Assembly: GCA_030611015.1 (NCBI GenBank)
Contig: JAUWQP010000001.1
Location: forward strand, 1-62,933
Direction: 5' to 3'
Source: Chloroflexota bacterium
GTDB lineage: Bacteria > Chloroflexota > Dehalococcoidia > GIF9 > AB-539-J10
Length of the DNA: 62,933 bases
Part shown: positions 8,546 to 15,989 of the stretch, piece after piece
How the letters are laid out: each line of letters begins with the position of its first letter
How positions within the stretch are numbered: position 1 is the first letter of the stretch
Position numbers and translations under genes: made by a program
The notes under the pieces: generated by a model
What the model saw: the letters and a program-made list of their open reading frames with translations, nothing else
Databases searched by the model: none
Told to the model about the DNA's origin: nothing

Positions 8546-8580
8546 GGTGTTAGGCGCAATTGCTACGGGCGCATTAAATA
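8546..8580. repeat. Left arm of imperfect inverted repeat bracketing the methyltransferase ORF
   Basis: ggtgttaggcgcaattgctacgggcgcattaaata matches the reverse complement of 9396-9436. The core aattgctacgggcg is 14/14 identical. Confidence 0.75.
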
Positions 8581-8603
8581 AAACTTTCATGTAAACTCTT
8601 TAA

Positions 8604-9395
8604 ATGATTATTGGCATCATGGGGAAAATACACCATCATTTTTCAAGAATTGCACATAGATATAGAGACCTGAGAACAACTGATTTAGAACCGATTTTAT
8701 TTATTCAAAAGAAATTACAGAGAAAATCAAAAATAATGGCAGCAAATGTTGGCTGTGGTGCTGGAAGATATGACCTAAAGTTGTTCCGCCATCTCGACAA
8801 AAAATTATTTCTCTACTGCATCGACGCAAATGAAGAAATGCTAAAACATTTGAAAGACTTTCTGGCTAAACACGAAATTGGAGATTTTAAAACAATAAAA
8901 GCAGACGCGGAAAAAATACCGCTTGCAGACAATTCCCTCGATTGCATATTCACATTTAATGCGCTTCACCATTTCAAACCTTTGGACTTTTTAAAAGAAT
9001 CTTCACGTATTCTAGAAAACAATGGATATCTGTTTATTTACACCCGATTAAGAAGCCAGAATCGCAGAAATATCTGGGGGAGATATTTCCCTTTGTTTAA
9101 TGAGAAGGAAACTAGGCTCTACGAATTAAATGAATTAAGGAGTTTATTAACAGAAATCCCTCAATTAGAAATTGGAGCCATAGAATATTTCAAATACTCC
9201 CGGCTTGCTTCATTGTATTGGCTCGTAAATCAGGCACAACACCACCATTATTCAACATTTTATTTGTACACCCCAAAAGAGCTTGAACAATCATTAGAGA
9301 AATTTAAACAAAATATCCAGAAAGATTTTGAGGACTTGGAAAAAATAAGTTGGTTTGATGAGAATATTTTATTCGTTATAAGGAAAACAAACTAA
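8604..9395 (+). CDS. Class I SAM-dependent methyltransferase (Methyltransf_11-like; not an obvious DNA methylase)
   Basis: 263 aa. SAM motif VGCGAGRYD, then CIDANEEML, then DNSLDCIFTFNALHHF. Visibly AT-rich: about one-third G+C in the 60 nt I counted by hand, against about 47% in the first 60 nt of the adjacent dehydrogenase gene. Confidence 0.7.
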   Translation: MIIGIMGKIHHHFSRIAHRYRDLRTTDLEPILFIQKKLQRKSKIMAANVGCGAGRYDLKLFRHLDKKLFLYCIDANEEMLKHLKDFLAKHEIGDFKTIKADAEKIPLADNSLDCIFTFNALHHFKPLDFLKESSRILENNGYLFIYTRLRSQNRRNIWGRYFPLFNEKETRLYELNELRSLLTEIPQLEIGAIEYFKYSRLASLYWLVNQAQHHHYSTFYLYTPKELEQSLEKFKQNIQKDFEDLEKISWFDENILFVIRKTN

Positions 9396-9436
9396 TATTT
9401 AAGAATCCGCCCGTAGCAATTCTCCTCGCTAACGCC
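9396..9436. repeat. Right arm of imperfect inverted repeat bracketing the methyltransferase ORF
   Basis: Starts immediately after the TAA stop. Its reverse complement, ggcgttagcgaggagaattgctacgggcggattcttaaata, aligns with 8546-8580. Confidence 0.75.
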
Positions 9437-9572
9437 CGTCGAGGTGCTGCACTTTCGGGCTTCGCCCTCACCACGCCCAACAGCGACTATGTGGTAATCA
9501 CAAGGCGCCTCTCCCTTGACGATTACCAAAAGCATAGAGAGTATAATTAAGGGCAATAGCTAAGAGTAGATA

Positions 9573-9606
9573 GGCGATTGTGGTAAAATTTCTTATGGTA
9601 AGGGCA
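9573..9606. repeat. Direct repeat copy B (post-stop segment only)
   Basis: ggcgattgtggtaaaatttcttatggtaagggca aligns with ggcgattgtggtaaaatttcgtgtggcaagtgca at 8447-8480, with only a few mismatches. Confidence 0.75.
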
Positions 9607-9626
9607 ACACAGGAAAGGCCATCATA

Positions 9627-9730
9627 GCGGTAGGCACCAGCCAGGTCGCCGATGCTGTGATAGAGAAACTAAAGCGTTAATCTGAATTAGGTGGGTATGG
9701 TGAAATTTCGTATGATGAAGGGAAAATAGA
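9627..9730. repeat. Direct repeat copy C, containing an orphan 17-codon relic of the dehydrogenase 3-prime end
   Basis: Translates AVGTSQVADAVIEKLKR-stop, against AVGTSQVADAVIEMLKR-stop in the intact gene. Six codons differ synonymously and one non-synonymously. Similarity continues about 50 nt past the stop. Confidence 0.8.
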
Positions 9731-9786
9731 GAGTTCGACTACTGTTGTACGGCATGCAAAAATAGAGGGAATGGAGAGGTAGAGAT

Positions 9787-10653
9787 ATGGAGCTGTTTTC
9801 TCAAAGAAAAGGGCTCAAGCTAGTCAAAAGCGTTATGCAAGTGGACGGAATGGATAATGATTTGCGCAATGGTCTATGGAATGCATTAGATATTTTTTAC
9901 TGGGATTGCGTAGAGCATATATTGGGACGGCATATTCTCTCCGCAGAAAGGAACAGGCATATAGCTATCCTGGTTAGGCTATTATGGCATATCTATTTTA
10001 AAAAGCCCATTGACACTTTGGACGATGATTGGACTATGGCTCGTCGTGTGATAAGGGAATATTTTTTCAACTGCCACTGGTATGAAGTTTATGACTTTAT
10101 AGAATTTGTTGCTAATAGCTATCCTGATGATTCAGTAAATTCGGAATTTATGGACTTTTGTAATTCTGTCTTGGAACGCGAATTATCCGCATATCGTTTC
10201 GTGGGAGGTAAGATTGCACAGATAACCTCGGAAGAGGAAGTTTCGGAAATTGAAAAGGCTTTAGAAATCTCCGGGCCTTACAAAGCTGTTAAGACTCATT
10301 TAAAAAGAGCTCTGGATTTATTAGCAGATAGGAAGTCTCCCGATTACAGGAATTCAACTAAAGAGTCCATAAGTGCGGTGGAGTCTATTTGTAACCTCAT
10401 AACGAAAGACAAAAAGGCAACATTAGGACAAGCACTGAAGAAAATAGAGGAGAGGGGGATTAGCTTACACCCTGCTTTAGAAAGTGCATTCAGCAATTTA
10501 TATGGATATACAAGTAACGCTGAGGGCATACGCCACGCTTTACTTGATGAACCTAATCTTAGTTTTGAGGATGCAAAATTTATGTTAGTTTCGTGCTCTG
10601 CGTTCGTTAATTATCTTATCACCAAAGCATCAAAGGCAGGAGTTAAAATATGA
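9787..10653 (+). CDS. AbiJ-like abortive-infection protein (AbiJ N-terminal-domain-like + C-terminal Abi_C/HEPN-like helical domain)
   Basis: 288 aa. The N-terminus FSQRKGLK..VMQVDGMDNDLRNGLWN matches the pattern I recall for AbiJ_NTD4 proteins. The C-terminus has NSTKESISAVES and AEGIRHA (R249-H250). Recalled from memory, not searched. Confidence 0.5.
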   Translation: MELFSQRKGLKLVKSVMQVDGMDNDLRNGLWNALDIFYWDCVEHILGRHILSAERNRHIAILVRLLWHIYFKKPIDTLDDDWTMARRVIREYFFNCHWYEVYDFIEFVANSYPDDSVNSEFMDFCNSVLERELSAYRFVGGKIAQITSEEEVSEIEKALEISGPYKAVKTHLKRALDLLADRKSPDYRNSTKESISAVESICNLITKDKKATLGQALKKIEERGISLHPALESAFSNLYGYTSNAEGIRHALLDEPNLSFEDAKFMLVSCSAFVNYLITKASKAGVKI

Positions 10654-10790
10654 CTTGCACGGCAAATAGCACAGCATATACGCTACAGGCTAACAGCTTT
10701 GACCTTTGGGACACTATCCTATCGGCGAATACCGTATACGCTGGAAAAGTTATGCGCCACTGCGGCGTTAATTGTTAAAGGTGATGGTAT

Positions 10791-11723
10791 ATGAATCTTA
10801 CTTTAGTTGAGACACAAACTGTATCGGAATTGGCAGATTTTGTGTACCCTTTCCTACCGGGGAAGCCACATCCATTTGCTGACCAATCTATTTCATTCGC
10901 TGGAATTGCTATTGATTTAGGTTTAAAAAGATTTTGGACTGGCGGGAGCAAACGGCCTGCGATTGCAGCACTTCTTGAAGGAACTCTTTCGCAAGCAAGG
11001 AGTAAGTTTTGCCCTTTAATGATCCAGATTGTAACCCGTGGACTGAAATATCGAGGCACATCAAATCCTATTACAAAGGAGGAGATTGAACAGCTAAACG
11101 AACTCATTAAAAAATTAGGATTTAAAATACCTGAGTTATGGGATCCGCAGTTCCTGCAGGGTTTACCATCAATAAAACCGGAAAAAGACAAGGTTGCTGC
11201 AGCCAAAATGGAGACTCTGAAAAATACTTTGCCACTACTTTTAAACGATCTTCTGAATCTAGAGAAGTTGGCGCCACAAGAAAGAGGCTACGCTTTTGAG
11301 AAGTTCCTTACCACTCTTTTTAATGCTTTCGGTATGCAAGCTCGCTCACCTTTCCGCTTGGTTGGTGAGCAAATTGATGGCAGTATTGAATTTGAAGGAA
11401 ATACATATTTGATTGAGGCGAAATGGCAAAACGCTCTTGTTGGAAATACAGAATTACTTGCATTACACGGTAAAGTTGGGGGTAAAGCCACTTGGTCCAG
11501 AGGTATTTTCATTAGCTATTCAGGTTTCAGTCAGGAAGGGTTAGAGGCATTTTCCAAAGGTCGTCCTACAAATCTAATTGCTGTTACAGGTCAAGACCTG
11601 TACTTCATTCTTGAGGGTGGGATGCCACTTGATCAAATGATACACTTAAAGGCAAGACTTGCTGCCGAAGAAGGAAAGGCTTATGTTCCTGTTCAAGAGT
11701 TGTTGCTTATCAGTTATAAGTAA
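10791..11723 (+). CDS. PD-(D/E)xK restriction-endonuclease-fold protein (Mrr_cat-like C-terminal domain) with unrecognised N-terminal domain
   Basis: 310 aa. ERGYAFEKFL is followed by D196-x12-E209-A-K211 (IDGSIEFEGNTYLIEAKW). I do not recognise the first ~150 aa. Confidence 0.6.
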   Translation: MNLTLVETQTVSELADFVYPFLPGKPHPFADQSISFAGIAIDLGLKRFWTGGSKRPAIAALLEGTLSQARSKFCPLMIQIVTRGLKYRGTSNPITKEEIEQLNELIKKLGFKIPELWDPQFLQGLPSIKPEKDKVAAAKMETLKNTLPLLLNDLLNLEKLAPQERGYAFEKFLTTLFNAFGMQARSPFRLVGEQIDGSIEFEGNTYLIEAKWQNALVGNTELLALHGKVGGKATWSRGIFISYSGFSQEGLEAFSKGRPTNLIAVTGQDLYFILEGGMPLDQMIHLKARLAAEEGKAYVPVQELLLISYK

Positions 11724-11956
11724 AGGTCACCGCGGCAGTGTATTGACGGTTCTCTATATCACCTAAATATCTTCAGCACCTCGCAAACACGCAAGACGTT
11801 ATCAGAAATTTTGGGCATAGATTCATTGGGGAATTCATTATAACCTTTGAGTTAAACGGAGGTGGAATCCCAGGGGAGCATTGGGCTTTCTAACCAGCCG
11901 TCGAGAATTCATTCAGGAACTTTGACTTATCAGGTATTACAAGCTACCATATCATC

Positions 11957-12358
11957 ATGAACACAAAGACTGTACCTAAGCTAACTCTTTTTCCCCTTAC
12001 TGCTGAGGTAAATAAGCAAGGTCATCTCGTTATCGGCGGCTGCGATGTTGTTGACCTGGCTGAGGAATTCGGCACGCCGCTCTATCTTTTCGATGAGTCC
12101 ACCCTCCGCCATAGGTGCCGTGAATTTAGAGACGAGTTCTGCAAGTATTATCCTGACACCCTGGTCATTTATGCCTCTAAAGCCTTCCTGAATCGGGCCT
12201 TGGCTCTCATATTTAAGGAGGAAGGCTTGGGACTCGATGTCGTCTCTGGGGGGGAACTTAGCATCGCCCATTCCGTGGATTTTCCGCTGGACAAGGTCTA
12301 TTTTCACGGCAACAACAAGACGCTGGAAGAATTAAACCTTGCCCTGGACCTAATTTAA
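11957..12358 (+). pseudogene. lysA: Truncated diaminopimelate decarboxylase (N-terminal ~130 aa only)
   Basis: Typical LysA N-terminus (GTPLYLFDESTLRHRCREF, YASKAF, GLGLDVVSGGEL, FHGNNK). The ORF stops at 133 aa, whereas the family is about 400+ aa. holB starts 2 nt later. Confidence 0.7.
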
Positions 12359-12359
12359 C

Positions 12360-13355
12360 ATGTGGCAAGTTATAGGACAGGATAAAATTTTATCTTTGCT
12401 GGATTACAGCCTTAAAACCAATGCGCTAGCCCACGCTTATCTTCTGGTAGGGCCGCGGCATGTGGGCAAAGGGACTTTGGCCATCAATCTGGCTCAAGCT
12501 CTAAACTGCGATAGCCCCGAGCCGCCTTGTGGTCAATGCCGTTCTTGCCAGCGAATCCTGGAGGGCAAGCACGCTGATGTTACCCCTGTTGGCTTGGATT
12601 CTAGAACAGAGATTGGCATTGATAACATTCGAGGGCTTCAACACTTAGCCAACCTGCCACCGTATGAGGGTAAGTGCAAAGTGTTTATCATTGATGGCGC
12701 TGAATATCTATCTACTGAGGCGGCTAATTCTTTGCTCAAGATATTGGAAGAGCCACCGCAAAGGGTAGTTTGGCTTTTACTAGCTGCTGAGGAAGAGCGT
12801 CTTTTACCGACAATTATTTCACGCTGTCAGCGGCTGGAATTAAAGCCTGTGCCATCAGAGCGAGTACAAGAGACACTTGTCAATTCATATAACGTTGATG
12901 CCGATAAAGCGAAGCTTTTGAGTCAATTGTGCCATGGTTGCTTCGGCTGGGCATTGTCCGCTCTGGCAAATGACGCTATATTAGAGCAGCGAGCCCAAAG
13001 GATGGCTACGTTATTCTCCCTATTAACTCCGACAGGTCGAAGCTTAGGACAAAGGTTTGCCTATGCCCAGGAGCTAGCAAGCCAATTCGGCCAGAACCGG
13101 AGAGCAGGGGCAGAAATAATAGAGATTTGGCTCTACTGGTGGCGTGATTTGATGCTCATTAAAAGTGGTTGCAAGGGGTCCATCATCAATGTGGATTATG
13201 AGAAGGCTCTGGAAGAACAAGCCGGAGGGTTAAGTCTGAGCGAGATTAAAGGATTTCTTGCTCATCTTTGCTTGCTACAGGAGGAAATCTCTAAGAATGT
13301 CAACCCCCGTCTAGCATTGGAATGGCTGATGCTCAATTTACCCAGAAAAACCTGA
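12360..13355 (+). CDS. holB: DNA polymerase III subunit delta-prime
   Basis: 331 aa with AHAYLLVGPRHVGKGTLA, the zinc module CGQCRSCQRI, and the LKILEEPP and SRCQ motifs. Confidence 0.85.
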   Translation: MWQVIGQDKILSLLDYSLKTNALAHAYLLVGPRHVGKGTLAINLAQALNCDSPEPPCGQCRSCQRILEGKHADVTPVGLDSRTEIGIDNIRGLQHLANLPPYEGKCKVFIIDGAEYLSTEAANSLLKILEEPPQRVVWLLLAAEEERLLPTIISRCQRLELKPVPSERVQETLVNSYNVDADKAKLLSQLCHGCFGWALSALANDAILEQRAQRMATLFSLLTPTGRSLGQRFAYAQELASQFGQNRRAGAEIIEIWLYWWRDLMLIKSGCKGSIINVDYEKALEEQAGGLSLSEIKGFLAHLCLLQEEISKNVNPRLALEWLMLNLPRKT

Positions 13356-13438
13356 GTGTAAAATCCTGAACGAGCCTGATGACATCGGGGGCGTTGCGGA
13401 GTTTAGAAATTCGAGTCCGGGATTTATAATATATCTCG

Positions 13439-14230
13439 ATGGCTAACATAATTGAAATTAAATTTCGTCCCAGAGGAAAAGTAGTTTACGGTGATGCTGG
13501 TGAGATACCTCTGCAAGTAAACGACTATGTAGTGGTGGATACTGACCATGGTCCAGATGTGGCCAAAGTCGTTAACCTCGCAGCTTCGCCTCACCCACGC
13601 AAGCAGTTAGTGGGGATATTACGCAAGGCTGAGACGGAGGACTTAGAGCAAGCTCGGCGGAACCTGGAACAAGAAGCCTTAAGCAGATGTCAAGAAATGG
13701 CAGCCACGCTTGGTTTAAAGATTAAGCCGCTAGCAGCCCGTTATGATTCCAAAGACGAGCACCTGACCGTATTCTTCAGCGCGCCGGAGAGGGTGGACTT
13801 TCGAAGCTTGCTTTGGAAATTGAGCGGTGCTCTGGAAACACGGGTGCAATTAAGGCAGGCGGGGGCGAGAGACGAGGCTAAGCTGTTGGGTAGCATAGGC
13901 AGGTGCGGCTATCCCTTATGTTGCCAAAATTTCCTCACCAGCTTTGCCTCAGTATCTATTAAGATGGCTAAGGAACAGAGCTTACCCTTGAACCCGGTGA
14001 AGATATCGGGCATCTGTGGAAGGCTCCTCTGCTGCCTGTCATATGAAAGCGAGGAATACGCAGCTATAAAAAAGAAGATGCCTCATCCGAAACAGGAAAT
14101 ATTAACACCCTGGGGTAAAGCCACAGTAATCAGCACCAACTTCTTAAAGGAAACAGTCACAGTACAATTGGAGAACGAAATAGCTAAAGAGCTACCTCTG
14201 GACCAATTAATTCATCCCAAAGAGAAGTAG
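13439..14230 (+). CDS. PSP1 domain protein (YaaT/RicT-like)
   Basis: 263 aa. PSP1 C-terminal pattern with a Cys cluster (GRCGYPLCCQNFL, GICGRLLCCL). The holB-yaaT neighbourhood is typical. Confidence 0.8.
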   Translation: MANIIEIKFRPRGKVVYGDAGEIPLQVNDYVVVDTDHGPDVAKVVNLAASPHPRKQLVGILRKAETEDLEQARRNLEQEALSRCQEMAATLGLKIKPLAARYDSKDEHLTVFFSAPERVDFRSLLWKLSGALETRVQLRQAGARDEAKLLGSIGRCGYPLCCQNFLTSFASVSIKMAKEQSLPLNPVKISGICGRLLCCLSYESEEYAAIKKKMPHPKQEILTPWGKATVISTNFLKETVTVQLENEIAKELPLDQLIHPKEK

Positions 14231-14299
14231 TAGTGTTCTCAGGAAACCAATTAACCCTGGAGCAAATTCACGGGGTAACAGGTGAGTTTTTTTAATTTT

Positions 14300-14425
14300 C
14301 CCCTCTTAAGATAAGAGGGGTTAGGTCCCGACCTGGTCGAGGATGCTCGACATAGTCGGCAGGAGTTATGAAGCAACAATACGGTGCGCCTTGAGATAAC
14401 CCCCTCTATCCCCCTTATCTCAAGG
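14300..14425. repeat. Cluster of perfect hairpins in a convergent intergenic region (not canonical terminators)
   Basis: cccctctta-aga-taagagggg (14300-14320, 9-bp stem). A nested ccgac..gtcgag-gatg-ctcgac..gtcgg structure follows at about 14327-14360. ccttgagataa-15 nt-ttatctcaagg (14389-14425, 11-bp stem). No hairpin is followed by a T-tract on either strand. Confidence 0.6.
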
Positions 14426-14535
14426 GGGATGTCGGAGTAGAGAGACCTTATTTCGAGGGAGGATGTTGAAGGAAGGAGCCCTAATCTTAAGACGGAACTT
14501 GTAGAAAAACTAAACTATTACCTCGTTGGGTCAGG

Positions 14536-15105
14536 TTAATTCAAGGAAGGTAGATATTTTTGCCATTCACCATGATTATTGAGAAGTTGATAGGGAACAT
14601 AGAAGCCATCATTGCGAGGAGAACGCGGCTGACGCAGCAATTTCATCCTTGCTTCATCCGGCGTACGTCCGCCTTTGCGCCTGTTGCAAGGGATGCAGGC
14701 ACTAACCACATTGTCCCAGACGTGCTGCCCACCCCACCGCCGCGGAATAACATGGTCTAAAGTAAGCTCCTTGGTCTGCCGACCACAATACTGGCAGGTG
14801 TATTGATCACGGTTAAATACCTCGAGCCTGCTCAATTTTTTCTGATGGCGAGGACGCCTGACCATATAGACGAGTCGGATTACCGAAGGTATCTGAAATA
14901 CCTCGGTAACGGAGTGAATCTCACCCCTGCTGTTTTCCAGCACTTCAGCTTTGCCACGAAATATCAGCACTACGGCCCGGCGCGTGCGACATAAGTTAAG
15001 GGGCTCATAACTTTGATTAAGCACCAAGACCGGAGACTCTATCGTAGTTATGACCCGCTTATCGAGTTCGCCCTGCAAATTCGGTCCACTGTTTTTCATG
15101 GGCAA
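14536..15105 (-). CDS. HNH endonuclease family protein (McrA-like, conserved ~190-aa type)
   Basis: 189 aa with the HNH core CQYCG..LTLDHVIPRRWGG..WDNVVSACIPCNRRKG. Confidence 0.75.
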   Translation of the reverse strand: MPMKNSGPNLQGELDKRVITTIESPVLVLNQSYEPLNLCRTRRAVVLIFRGKAEVLENSRGEIHSVTEVFQIPSVIRLVYMVRRPRHQKKLSRLEVFNRDQYTCQYCGRQTKELTLDHVIPRRWGGQHVWDNVVSACIPCNRRKGGRTPDEARMKLLRQPRSPRNDGFYVPYQLLNNHGEWQKYLPSLN

Positions 15106-15175
15106 TTAGTTGGCTATTTTAGCAAGCCTTTCTGGCCAGTGCAACAGTTCGAAGATTGCGTTTGCTACACGCTAT

Positions 15176-15391
15176 CTATGCCCTAACCCTGTCCCTTATC
15201 CACTCCCAATCAGGCTCGCCATGCTCGAAGAAAGACTTGAAATTATCCTTCAGCCACTGGTAATAATCATCCTCAACATACTGACAAAAGGCTTCTACAA
15301 GCTGTTCCTTTGAAATATCCTTGGGGAGTTCTATCTCCAGCTCTTTAAGTTTGCAGTCAAGGAATTCTTCGACGTCGTCTCTATCAAGCAT
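15176..15391 (-). CDS. Small highly acidic protein, function unknown (third gene of the R-M cassette)
   Basis: 71 aa; by my count 21 residues are D/E against 10 K/R, and it is Trp-rich (DWEWI). Its start overlaps the stop of the upstream HNH nuclease gene by 8 nt. Confidence 0.45.
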   Translation of the reverse strand: MLDRDDVEEFLDCKLKELEIELPKDISKEQLVEAFCQYVEDDYYQWLKDNFKSFFEHGEPDWEWIRDRVRA

Positions 15392-15989
15392 CTTTAATTC
15401 TCATCGTTGGTCTTGCTATGTGCGTGTTAACGTGGTGTTTGTTATAAACGTCAAACACTTGCTCACAGAATTCAATTATTCTTTTATCGCCTTTGCTAAC
15501 TGCTTGTTCATAAAGCTTTATGAAATATCTCTTTCCTGCTTCTGTCTGGGAGTAGTTTTTCTTAAGAAGATTATGCTCAGTACAGAGGGTCTGCCCATTA
15601 TCAATCGTATTTTTACCACCTTTGTCTTGTGGTCGTACATGATCAGCACAGAGTTCAACCCCATCCTCTCTACTTCTTCCACACACCACACACTTATAGC
15701 CATCTCTCTTGAATATATCTTCCTTCACTTCGGGAGGGAACTCATATAATTCTTTACGTCGAATCATGTCCGGATTGTATCGATAGATACCCTTTTTTAC
15801 CTTTATCAATATACCTTCTTGGTATAATCTACGAATGCTACGCCAAGGATCCCGGGGTTTCCTCCCATATAGTTTAAGATATTGTTCTTCAACCCAATCA
15901 ACGACCGGGTCATGTTTGAGATCCTGTTTAGGATGCTTCTTGAAATACTGCATTATCAAGTCAGCAATAGTGGTTTTGACAGACTTCAT
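15384..15989 (-). CDS. HNH-family Type II restriction endonuclease candidate
   Basis: 201 aa with the HNH core CVVCG..LCADHVRPQDKGGKNTIDNGQTLCTEHN. Its ATG shares one nucleotide with the methylase stop (TAATG). Confidence 0.6.
   Translation of the reverse strand: MKSVKTTIADLIMQYFKKHPKQDLKHDPVVDWVEEQYLKLYGRKPRDPWRSIRRLYQEGILIKVKKGIYRYNPDMIRRKELYEFPPEVKEDIFKRDGYKCVVCGRSREDGVELCADHVRPQDKGGKNTIDNGQTLCTEHNLLKKNYSQTEAGKRYFIKLYEQAVSKGDKRIIEFCEQVFDVYNKHHVNTHIARPTMRIKDA

Noticed and set aside
8520-8550. tRNA-like T-loop word (cgtttcgaat), suggesting a tRNA or tRNA remnant as an integration target.
   Set aside because: The flanking bases do not form a T-stem, and I could draw no acceptor or anticodon arms. 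No tRNA cloverleaf was found in any intergenic spacer of the window.
8481-8557. Integron attC site, prompted by GTTAGGC at 8549-8555 with a ctaac word about 55 nt upstream, and GCCCAAC at 9474-9480.
   Set aside because: The sequences between the putative core sites do not form the imperfect palindrome (L-prime and L-double-prime boxes) expected of attC. No intI gene is present. It is kept only as a remark under the cassette finding.
11724-11956. Possible lysine riboswitch (L-box) upstream of the lysA fragment.
   Set aside because: I could not find the conserved L-box core words or its five-helix layout in the 233-nt spacer. The downstream gene is also truncated.
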